Positions 30,260-40,307 of a DNA stretch of 40,307 bases are shown piece by piece. The stretch is from Hemiscyllium ocellatum (lineage: Eukaryota). The position numbers and the translations under genes were made by a program. The number at the start of each line of letters is the position of its first letter. Position 1 is the stretch's first letter. The DNA is taken from the NCBI RefSeq assembly GCF_020745735.1, contig NC_083409.1, positions 13,837,279 through 13,877,585 on the forward strand. The letters run 5' to 3'. The notes under the pieces were generated by a model. That model was given only the letters and a program-made list of their open reading frames with translations. It was not told where the DNA came from and searched no databases.

Positions 30260-30650
30260 AAGCTCTAAAACAGCACAGACAGAGGTCACTGGGCTGATTG
30301 TGACTGTTAGTCAAATGAGTCCAATGAGTCCCATTTCCCCAGCCCTTCCTGTATAACCCTGCAATTATTTCCTTTTCAGCTATTTCTCCAAATGCCCTTT
30401 TGAAAGTTGCTGTTGAATCCACTTCCACTCACCTTGCAGACAGTCATTATGAACTCGCTGGATAAAAAATGTTCCTATCTTCTCTCTTGTGCTTTAGACT
30501 CTTTCTGAAATGTGTGCCCTCTGGTTACTGACCCTCCTGCCTGGAGAAACAATTTGTCCTGTATTTACTGCATCCAAACTCTCTAATTGTGAACCCTCAT
30601 TGAGTGAGACCTATTTCCAGCACAGGGGAGAACATTCAGCCTGTCAGGTA
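30260..30650 (-). mobile_element. CR1 3' fragment
   Basis: The minus strand gives EVDSTATFKRAFGE...LYRKGWG and CR1 3' UTR features. Confidence 0.65.
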
Positions 30651-30834
30651 AATGCTGTCATTTCATGGAGCAATCCAGTCAGTCCCACACCCTCCCCTAC
30701 TCGACCCCCAGGGCCTTGCAGGTTTATTTCCATCAAGAGCCCATCCAATCTGCCATGCAATCACTGAGTGTCTTCACCTGTCTCACCTGAATGGGCATTA
30801 ATTTCCAAGACTTTGCCAATTTCTGCTAAAATCA

Positions 30835-31395
30835 AAGTTCTTTCTGACATTCCATATCTCTTGCCCAACAGAATGTAAGATAATCTCAAAGGGAAGACAG
30901 GATTTTGTCTCCACACGGACTGTGCGGTGGTCACTCTTACTGATACTGTCATGGACAGATACACCAGCAGCAGGCAGGTTGGTGAGGGTGATAGTGAGTA
31001 TGTTTTTCCCTCTTGTTGGTTCCCTCACCACCTGCCCAGGTCCAGTCTAGCAGCTGAATCAGGTGGACTTGACCAGCTTGCTCAGTAGTGATGCTTCTGA
31101 GCAGCTCTTGATGGTGGGCTTTGAAGTCCCTTACTCAGGGTATATCCGGCATCATTCCCTCCCTCAGTGCTCCCACCAAGTGTTGTTCAACATGGAGGAG
31201 GACTGACTGCTCAGTTGAGGTTGGAGGGGAGGGCGGTGCTATGTGGTAATCAGCAGGAGGTTTGCTTCCCCATGTTTGACCTGCTGTCATGAGGCTTCAT
31301 GGATTCCATAGTTAATGGTGAGGACTCCCAGGGCAACTCCCTTCCGACTGTACACATCACTGTGTTGCCTCCCCTGCTTGGTCTATCCTGCCAGT
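30835..31395 (-). mobile_element. Non-LTR retrotransposon APE endonuclease fragment
   Basis: MVREPTRGKNIL...HDSISKSDH is the C-terminal APE SDH motif; QDRPSRGGNTV lies upstream. Confidence 0.7.
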
Positions 31396-31589
31396 TATAA
31401 ACTGAATGAGGGAAAAATTCTGTGCAGGTTTCACAGCTTGGAGACAGAGCTGCTGCTGGATTCTGTTTCTGATCTCCGAGTGCAGGCGTGTGTGTTTGTG
31501 AGAGAGTGACTGACACTTTTTCCAAAACTGTGCTGCTTCTGCAAAAAATAAATCCTAGAACCAGCCTCCTGTGCTGTCAGATTCCAGGG

Positions 31590-31670
31590 AGTGCAGATGG
31601 TTCACAGTTTTCTCCCGTCTCAGTAACAAACACCCAGCTGCTCCGAGCTCCTTCTTTCACTTCCTCTTTT
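31590..31670 (-). promoter_or_regulatory. Candidate B-cell enhancer core: PU.1/IRF composite element with E-boxes
   Basis: Minus strand AAAAGAGGAAGTGAAA (EICE GGAAGTGAAA at 31655-31664), with CAGCTG at 31635-31640 and CAGATG at 31594-31599, in a non-repetitive island. Function is inferred only. Confidence 0.4.
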
Positions 31671-31954
31671 TTGTGAAGTTTCAACCTTGCGATCTGACAG
31701 TCTTTGCAGTTATTTTTTACACTGGGGCTTTCTGCTTTAGTCAGAATCTCTAATAATAAGTGTCCGATCAGTGACAATCACAGCAGCTAAGAGCAGTCAG
31801 GACTGAGGAGCCAGGCTCACTGTGAAACATATTGGGAAGATCAAAGCATCCTCTTCAGATCCTGGTATAAGCTCCATCCCTCTCCCTGAGAATTGTCTGC
31901 TGCTCAATCAGACTCTTTACAAACTGGGTCTCATGTTTGAGAATGATCTAAGAC

Positions 31955-32260
31955 CCATATCTTCATATCACAAAGATCAGCCACTGAAAATCTCAGCCAT
32001 GTTTATGGGGCTCCAAACATGACCATTCCAATGGCTGATGCACATCACAGCCACTGCCCTCCGTATCCTTCAGCTCATCCAAAATTCTGCAGCCCGTATC
32101 CAAACTTGCACCAAGTCCCGTTCCCACAACCCCTGCATCCCGTGCTTATATTGGCTCCTGGTCAAGCAACACCTAATTTTCAAATTCTCATCCTTGTTCT
32201 CAAATCCCTCTCTGCCCTCCACTCTCCCTACCTCTGTAACCTCCTCCAAGCTGCCTCACT
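31955..32260 (+). mobile_element. L2 LINE ORF2 C-terminal fragment
   Basis: LRILQLIQNSAARI..TKSRS..P..LYWL.VKQHLIFK is the typical L2 post-RT region. Confidence 0.75.
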
Positions 32261-32339
32261 CCGTGTGGTCAGCAGTCTTGGATAATTGGCTCTCTATTCC
32301 TTCATCCAAGTCATTGAGAAATATTGTGAAATACTGAGG

Positions 32340-33330
32340 CCCCTGCACAAATCTCTGGGGACACCAACATTCACATCTTGTTCATTAGAGAGAACGCACA
32401 TTATCCCTCGTCTCTGTCTCCTACCTCCAAACTAATTCCTAACCCAAGACAAATACTTTTCTATCACTGTCTTGATGATAGGAAGCAGAGGTAATATTGT
32501 CAGACTGTCAGACTGGAGGCCTGTGTTGAGTGGAGTGCATCAGGGCTCAGTGCTGGCCCCATTACTGTTTGTTATTAATATTAATGATTTGGATGAGAAC
32601 CTGTAAGGCATGATTAGTAAGTTTGATGTGCAGGTCAGGTGAATTGGATATGTTAAATTGGCCATAGTCTTAGGTACATTAGTCAGATGGAAATGTGTCT
32701 AAATGGGTTACTCTTCAGAGGGTCAGTGTGGATTGGTTGGGCCGAAGACCTGTTTCCAACTGGAGGGAATCTAATCTCTAATCTTGTACAGGATGTCAGT
32801 GATGTCGCACTTGGAATATTGTATTCAGTTTGGTCACCTTGTTATAGGAAGGATATTACTAAACCAGAAAGAGTACAGAAGAAATTTGCAAGGATGTTGC
32901 CTGGACTCAACAATCTGAGTTATAGGAGGAAGTTAGGCAAGTTGGACTTTTTTCTTAGAGCGTAGGAGACTGGTGGGGGAACTTTTAGAAGTGTATAAGA
33001 TCATGAGAGACATGGATAGGGTTGGGGAAACGAGGATGAGAGGGCATCAGTTTAGTGTTAGAGAGGAATGAATAAAAGGGAACCTGAGGGGCAACATTTT
33101 TACACAGAGGGTGGCAAGCATGTGGAATGAGATGCCAGCTGAAGTGATTGAGGTGGATACATTAACAACATTTAAAAGACATTTGGACAAATACATAGAT
33201 AGGAAAACATTTGAAGGATATGGGCCAAGTGCAGGGAAATGGGGTTAGCGTGGATGGACATTTTGGTCAGCACGGTCCAGTTTGGGCCAAAGGGCCTGTC
33301 TCTGTGCTGTAGGACTCGATGGCTCTAAGA
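32340..33330 (+). mobile_element. Composite CR1 fragments containing a head-less HE1 SINE piece (~32626-32782)
   Basis: RT remnants (GSVLAPLLF, YSVWSPCYRKDI) and a 3' tail, with an internal HE1 3' half ending in ctaatc. The first ~130 bp appear to be a minus-strand CR1 piece. Confidence 0.75.
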
Positions 33331-33359
33331 CTCTATAATTCCATATGTTTCCATGTTCA

Positions 33360-33905
33360 TGAACAAACATAGAAACAAAGGAACTAGGAGCAAGAGGAAG
33401 CCATTCAGCCCTTCGAGTTAGCTCTGCCATTCAATATGACCATGGCTTTTCATCCAACTTAGTCCCCTGCTCCCATTTTTTCTCCATAAAATTTAACCTC
33501 TTTAGTCCTAAGAATATACTTATTCTCTCTTGAAAATATTGAATGTTTTAGGCTCAACTGCTTTCTGTGACAGAATATTCCACGAGCTTCCCAGTCTCTG
33601 GCTAAAGAAATGTCTCCTCAGCTCAGTCTGAAATAACATTTCCCTTTTCTTTAAACCATAATTCGTAGTTCTGGATTCCCCAGTCATCAGGAACATCCTC
33701 CCTGTGTTGCTCTAGTCTTGTCCTGTTCGGATTTTCAAGGTTACAATTTGATTCCTTTCAATCTTCTAAGCGCCAATGAATATAATCCTAACTGATCCAG
33801 TTTCTCATCAGATCTAAGTGCTGTCATCCCAGGAATCAGTCTGGTAAACCTTTCCTTCCTTCCCTCCACGGCCAGAACATCCTTCCTCAGATAAGGAGCG
33901 CGAAA
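33360..33905 (-). mobile_element. CR1 3' fragment
   Basis: The tail gaacaaacatagaaacaaaggaactaggagc...ggccattcagccc marks a minus-strand CR1 end. Confidence 0.75.
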
Positions 33906-33919
33906 CTACCCACGACAGA

Positions 33920-34615
33920 ATCAAAATCACACAGTACAGAGGAGGCCCTTCAGCCCATTAACTGTGTACCAGCCAAACTACACTAAACCTATACCAGTCC
34001 CACTTTCCAACATAAGGCCCACAGCTTGAATGTTATAACATTTCAACTGCTCACCCAAGTACATTTTAAGTTTGTGAGGTTTCCCACCTCAACCCCACTC
34101 AGGCTTTGCATTCCAGATGCACACCAGCCTCTGGATGAAAAACATTTTCCTCAAAACATCTTCAAACCTCCTATCTTTCACATTGAATATGAGCCAACTT
34201 GTTATTGACCCTCCCACGAATGAGAACAGCTGCTTTCTATCCACCCTGCCATTCCCCTCATAACCTTATACACCTCTATCAGGTCCCCCCTCCACCTTCT
34301 CTGCTCTGAAGAAAACAACCCGAGCTGATCGAATTTCTCTTCATCACTGAAAAGCTCCATCCCACACAACATCCTGGTGATTCCCCTCTGCACCCCAACC
34401 AGTGCAATCACCTCCTTCCTACAGTGTGGTGACCTGAACTGCACAGTACTCCAACTGTGGCCTAACCAATGTTCTACTTAACTGCAACATATCCTCCTGC
34501 TTTTATAACCACTAGCTGAAATGACAAAGGCAAGTGTCCCCTCTGCCTTTATAACTGCTCCGTTAACCTGTCTTGCCATATTCAGCGATCAGTGGAGAAG
34601 CACCCCAAGATCACG
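33920..34615 (-). mobile_element. CR1 3' fragment
   Basis: QFRSPHCRKEVIAL...RRWRGDLIEVYKVMRG on the minus strand. Confidence 0.82.
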
Positions 34616-34639
34616 CTGTTCCTTAGAGCTTCCTCAGTT

Positions 34640-37600
34640 CAAAGACGAAGAACAATGAAAATTACAGCACAAGAACTGGCCCTTCGGCCCTACTAGCCTG
34701 CACTGGTCCATACCTTCATCTAAATCTGTCATCAATTTTCCAAGGGTCTATCTCCCTTTGCTCCCTGCCCATCCATGTATCTATCTAGATATATCTTAAA
34801 TGATGCTATTGTGCCTGCCTCTACCACCTCCACTGGCAACGTGTTCCAGGACCAATCACTCTCTGTGTGAAGAACTTTCCATACATATCTCCTTTAAATG
34901 TTTCCACTCTCACTTTGAACTCATGACCCCGAGTAATTGAGTCCCTCACTCTGGGAAAAAGTTTCTTGCTATCCACCCTGTCTACACCTCTCATGATTTT
35001 GTAGACGTCAATCAGGTCCCCCCTCAATGTTCGACTTTCTAATGAAAATAATCCTATACTACTCAACCTCTCTTCATAGCTCGTGCCCTCCATACCAGGC
35101 AATCTTGGTGAACCTCCTCTGCACCCTCTCCAAAGCATCTACATCCTTCTGGCTGTGTGGCGACCAGAACTGTGGGCAGTATTCCAAATCTGGCCAAGCT
35201 AAAGTCGATATAATTCTAACATGACCTGCCAACTCTTGTACTGAATACCACGTTTGATGAAGGAAGGTATGCCATATGCCTTCTTGACCACTCTATCGAT
35301 CTGTATTGCCACCTCCAGGTGCAATGGACCTGAACACCCAGGTCTCTCTGGCCATCAATTTTCCCAGGGTGTTCCATTCACCGTACAGTTTACTCCAGAT
35401 TTGGATTTTCCAAAATTCATCAGATCACATTTCACGGATTGAACTCCATCCATCCGTTTCTCTGCCCAACTCTCCAATCTGTCTATATTCTGCTACATTC
35501 TCTGTCAGTCCCTCACTATCTGCTACTCCACCAATCTTAGCGTCATCTGCAAACTTGTAATCAGATCACCTATACCTACCTCCAGATCATTTATGTATAT
35601 CAAAAACAAGAGCGGTACCAGCACGGATTCCTGTTCTCCATTCTGAAAACTCCTTCCACTACTACTGTCTGTCTTCTGTTGCCCAGCCTGTTCTCTATCC
35701 ATCTAGTGAGTACACTCTGGACCCCATGCGACTTTAATTTCTCCATCAGGCTGCCATGGGGAACTTTATCAAACACCTTACTGAAGTCCATGTGTATGAC
35801 ATCCACAGCCCTTCCCTCCTCAATCAACTTTATCACTTCTTCAAAAACGTCTATAAAGTTGGTAAGACATGACATTCCCTGCACAAAATCATGCTGCCTG
35901 TTACTGAAATTTCTTCCAAATGTAAATAGATCTTATCCCTCAGTATCTTCTCCAGCAGCTTCTTACCACTACATCAGGCTCACTGGTTGATAGTTACCTG
36001 GATTATCCTGGCTACCCTTCTTAAACATGAGCAATTCTCCAGTCCTCTGGGACCTCATCCATGTTCAAGGTTGCTACAAAGATATCGATTAAGGACTCAA
36101 TTATTTCCTCTCTTGCTTCCCTCAGTAAGCTGGGATCGATCCCATCCCGACCTGGGGACTTGTGCACCTTGATGCCTTTTAAAATACCCAACACTTCCTC
36201 CTTCCTTAAACCGACTTGACCCTGAGTAATCAAACACCTATCCCCAACTTCAACATCTGTCATTTCCCTCTCCTTGGTGAATACCAACGTAAAGCACTCA
36301 TTAAGAATTTCATCATTTTCTCTGACTCCACACATAACATTCCTCCTTTGTCCTTGAGTGGGCCAACCCTTTCTCTAGTCACCCACTTGCTCCTATATAA
36401 CAATAAAAGGATTTGGAATTTTCCTTAATCCTTTTGCTAATGATATTTCATGACCCTTTTTAGCCCTTCTAATTCCTCATTTCAGATCGGTCCAACTTTC
36501 CCAATATTCTTCCAAAGCTTTGTCTGTTTTCAACAACCGAAACCTGATGTATGCATCCTTTTTCCTCTTAGCTAGTCTCAAAATTTCATCTGTCATCCAG
36601 CGTTCCCTAATTCTGCCATTTCAATCCTTATTTTCACAGGGACATGTCTGTCCTGACTCTAGTCAACCTCTCTTTAAAAGCCTCCCACATATCAAATGTG
36701 GATTTCCCTTTAAACAGCTACTCCCAATCCACATTCCCCAGCTCCTGCCAAATTTTGGATAGTTGGCCTTCCTCCACTTTAGCCCTCTTCCTTTAGAACC
36801 AATCTCATCTTTGTCCATGAGCATTCTAAAACTTATGGAATCGTGATCACTCTTCCCAAAAGTAATCCCTGACTGAGATTTCAACCACCTGACCGGGCTC
36901 ATTCCCCAATACCAGGTCCAGTATGGCCCCTTCCTGAGTTAGACTATTTCCACATTACTCTGTAAAATCCTCCTGAATGCTCATTACAAATTCTGCTCCA
37001 TCTTAACTCTAACATGAGTGAATCCAGTCAATGTTGGGAAAATTAAAATCTTCCATCACCACCACCTTGTTACTCCTACATCTTTCCATAATCTGTTTAC
37101 ATATTTGTACCTCTATCCCACGTTCACTGTTAGGAGGCTTGTAGGATAGCACCAACATTGTTACTGCACCCTTCCTGTTTCTGAGCTCTGCCCATATTGC
37201 CCCACTGCTCGAGTCCTCCATAGTGCCCTCCTTCAGCACACCTGTAATATCCACTCTTACCTGTAATGCAACTCCTCCATCCCTTTTACCTCCCTCTCAA
37301 ACCCATCTGATACCTCTGTATCCTGGGATATTTAGTTGCCAATCTTGCCCTTCCCTCAACCACGTCTCAGTAATAGCAATAACATCATACTCCCAGATAC
37401 TAGTCCAAGCCCTAAATTCCTCTGCCTTACCTACTACACTTCTCACATTAAAACAAATTCACCTCAGACCATCTGTCCCTTTGCGTTCATCATCTGCTCC
37501 CTACCTACTCTTAACCTTAGTCACGCTGACTTCAATATCTAATTCCTGACAGGCTTTAGTTACTCCCTCCTTATTGCCCACTAACCTCCTCATTTGGTTC

Positions 37601-38110
37601 CTATCCCTCTGATACACTATTTTGAACCCTCCCCAAGAGTGTGATCAAACACATCCCACAGGACACTGGTTTCCAGTCCTGCCCAGGTGTAGACGGCTCG
37701 ATTTGTAATTGTCCTACCTCCCCAGGAACCAGTCCCAATGTCCCAAAAATCTGAACCCCTCCCTCCTGCACCATCTCTCAAGCCATGCATTCATCCTGCC
37801 TATACTTTCATTTCGACTCTGACTAGCACATGGCACTGGGAGCAATCCTGAGATTACTACCTCTGAGATCCTACATTTTAATATGGTTCCTAACTCCCTA
37901 AATTCTGCTTGTAGGGCCTCATTCCATTTATTACCGATATCATCCGTGTCTGCATGAACCGTCACAGCTAGCTGTTTCACTCCCCCTTCAGAATGTCCTG
38001 CAGCCGATCTGAGACATCCCTGACCCGTACAACTGGGAGGCAACATGCTATTCGTGAGTCTTGTTTTTGACCACAGAACCGCCGATCTACTCCCCTTACA
38101 AAGTCCAAAC
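34640..38110 (-). mobile_element. Long decayed CR1 (ORF1 esterase, APE, RT, tail)
   Basis: The minus-strand pieces lie in the expected order: VVISGLLPVP..GHWDWF (37714-38112), GAVTMLVLSYKPPNS..DFNFPNIDW, SDHDS, CLTNFIDVF..HMDFSKVFDKVPH, TLRGDLIDVYKIMRG. Confidence 0.9.
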
Positions 38111-38129
38111 AAACCATATCTATGCCCCC

Positions 38130-38700
38130 CCCCCGATCAATCCATCCACTACATCCTCAAACAATTTCGGTCGATTTTTTAAGCATGATTTCCCTTTCGA
38201 AAATTCATGCTGACTCTGTCCAGTTCTGTCACTGTTTTCAAACTACTAAGCTATAAAATATTTTATAATGAACTTGAGCATTTTCTCCACTGCTGATTTC
38301 TGGCTCAATGGTCTAAAATTTCTTATTTTCCCTCTCTCTCTCTCTCTTTTTCAATAGACTTGTTAAATTAACTCCCTCCACTCTGTAGGACCTATTCCAC
38401 AGTCAACAAACAGATAACCATCAATGTTTCTAATATTTTACAACCACTTCTGAAGCACTCCTGAAAATAGATTATTTGGCCCTGCTGATTTAAGACATTC
38501 TAATTTTCCCAGAACCATTTTCCTCCAACAACTGACTTCCTTCAGCTCTTCCTCTGATAAAACCCCAAGTTCACCAACATGTCTGAGATTTATTTGAGAA
38601 TTCATTTGTGCAGAAAGATCCAGAATATGTTTATCTGTCATCTCTTTGTTCCAACGATAACATTATAACACTTGTGTGGAACTTCCTTGAATGTCATCTG
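38130..38700 (-). mobile_element. CR1 RT fragments
   Basis: The minus strand gives MVLGKLECLKSAGPNNLFSGVLQ and a QHEFSKGKSCL remnant. Confidence 0.6.
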
Positions 38701-38706
38701 GACGTC

Positions 38707-39440
38707 CATATAAGACATAAGACATAAGACATAGGAGTGGAAGTAAGGCATTCGGCCCATCGAGTCCACTCCTCCATTCAGTCATGGATGATGGGCATTT
38801 CAACTCCACTTACCAGTGTTCTCCCCGTAGCCCTTAATTCCTCGAGACAACAAGAATCTATCAATCTCGGCTTTGAAGACATTTAGCATCCCGGCCTCCA
38901 CTGCACTCCGTGGCAATGAATTCCACAGGCCCACCACCCTCTGGCTGAAGAAATGTCTCAGCATTTCTGTTCTGAATTGACCCCTCTAATCCTAAGTCTG
39001 TGTCCACGGGTCCTAGTCTCCTCGGCTAATGGAAATAATTTCCTAGCGTCCACCCTTTCCAAGCCATGTATTATCTTGTACGTCTCTAGTAAGTCTCCCT
39101 TAATCTTCTAAACTCCAATGAATACAATCCCAGGATCCTCAGCTGTTCCTCATATGTTAGACCTACCATTCCAGGGATCATCGTGTGAATCTCCGCTGGA
39201 CAGTTCCAGTGTCAGTATGTCCTTCCTGAGGTGTGGGGACCAAACTGGACACAGTACTCCCAATGGGGCTAACCAGAGCTTTATAAAGTCTCAGTAGCAC
39301 ATCTCTGCTTTTATATTCCAACCCTCTTGAGATAAGTGACAACATTGCATTCGTTTCTTAATCACGGACTCAACCTGCATGTTTACCTTTAGAGAATCCT
39401 CGACTAGCACTCCCAGATTCCTTTGTATTGGCTTTAATAA
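38707..39440 (-). mobile_element. CR1 3' fragment with a (TATGTCT)n tail, relatively well preserved
   Basis: (TAAGACA)3 at 38711-38731, then CR1 3' UTR and RT C-terminus in reverse complement. Confidence 0.85.
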
Positions 39441-39634
39441 TTTTCTCACCATTTAGAACAACACATTCCCTTATCTCACACATTAGTGACCTCGTTAAAA
39501 CATGTAACCAGGTAAGCTAAAAATGTCTGACCCTTTTAAATCCATGCTGATTAGTCTGATCTGTTCATATTTGTCAGACATCTGTTCTAAAACCAGATTC
39601 AAGTACTTCACCCAAATAGTCATTCAGCGGAGAT

Positions 39635-40176
39635 AAAAACAATGACTGCAGTGCTGGAAACCAGATTCTGGATGTAGTGGTGCTGGAAGAAGAGCACAAC
39701 AGTTCAGACGGATCCGAGGAGCGCTGAAATCGACGCTTCAGGCTAAAGCCCTTCATCAGGAATAAAGGCAGTGAGCCTGAAGCGTGGAGAGAGATAGCTA
39801 GAGGAGGGTAGAGGTGGGGAGAAAGTAGCATAGAGTACAAGCAAATGTGGCTTGGTAGCGAGTTTGTTTCACGGACGTGGTTGAAGAGTTCAGGGCAGAG
39901 GAAATGACCTGGGAGTTGCAGTGGGAGAGGGACTCCCTGAGATTCTTGTAGAGAGAAGCTCTTCAACTATGTCGTGTGAAACAAACTCGCTCCCACAGCC
40001 ACATTTGCTTGTACTCTATGCTACTTTCTCCCCACCCCCACCCTCCTCTAGCTTATCTCTCACGCTTCAGGCTCACTGCCTTTATTCCTGATGAAGGGCT
40101 TTGGCCTGAAGCATCGATTTCGCTGCTCCTTGGATGCTGCTGAACTGTTGTGCTCTTCCAGCACCACTAATCCAGA
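39635..40176. mobile_element. Fold-back PLE-derived element with ~225-bp inverted arms
   Basis: Arms ~39665-39891 and ~39955-40178 are reverse complements. Flanked by ATTCAGCGGAGAT (39622-39634) and ATTCAACGGAGAT (40177-40189). Each arm carries a hammerhead-like motif. Confidence 0.88.
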
Positions 40177-40254
40177 ATTCAACGGAGATGTGCATTGTGA
40201 GTGAGTTTAGTAAACAGCTAGTACTGACACAAGGGGCTGAACAGCCTCCTCCTC

Positions 40255-40307
40255 GAATCATAGAGTCATAGAGGGTGTACAGCATGGAAACAGACCCTTT
40301 GGTCCAA
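40255..40307 (-). mobile_element. CR1-type 3' tail truncated by the window edge
   Basis: gaatcatagagtcatagag..tacagcatggaaacagaccctt is the reverse complement of the tails seen elsewhere in the window. Confidence 0.7.

Overview
This is cartilaginous-fish (shark-like) genomic DNA. The inference rests on the cluster-type Ig light-chain organisation and on SINE/LINE content typical of sharks; the species cannot be fixed from the sequence. The only host gene I can support is one unrearranged kappa-type (NS4/type III-like) Ig light-chain cluster on the minus strand. Its order is octamer/TATA promoter, leader (27143-27191), V exon (26661-26956), 12-RSS, 23-RSS, J (26117-26151), an 8.7 kb J-C intron and the C exon (17087-17415). 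It is a pseudogene: the V has a TGA and a Cys23-to-Trp change, the V heptamer reads TACAGTG, the J donor is GC, and the C exon has an in-frame TAG. Most of the remaining sequence is decayed retroelements: CR1 LINEs, L2-like fragments, HE1-type V-SINEs, Deu-domain SINEs and Penelope-like elements (PLEs). Four things stand out. (1) The PLE terminal repeats carry a minimal hammerhead-ribozyme motif: two copies have an intact core, several are decayed, and the stems co-vary between copies. (2) Short PLE-derived inserts have 9-14 bp target duplications, fold-back architecture and inverted copies of neighbouring target DNA. (3) Candidate B-cell regulatory DNA surrounds the dead cluster, including a perfect PU.1/IRF composite site and a 44-bp minisatellite that keeps a forkhead motif in every unit. 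(4) A cryptic 23-RSS lies downstream of C in kappa-deleting-element geometry. Repeat boundaries are by eye and approximate (tens of bp) unless a target-site duplication (TSD) is quoted.
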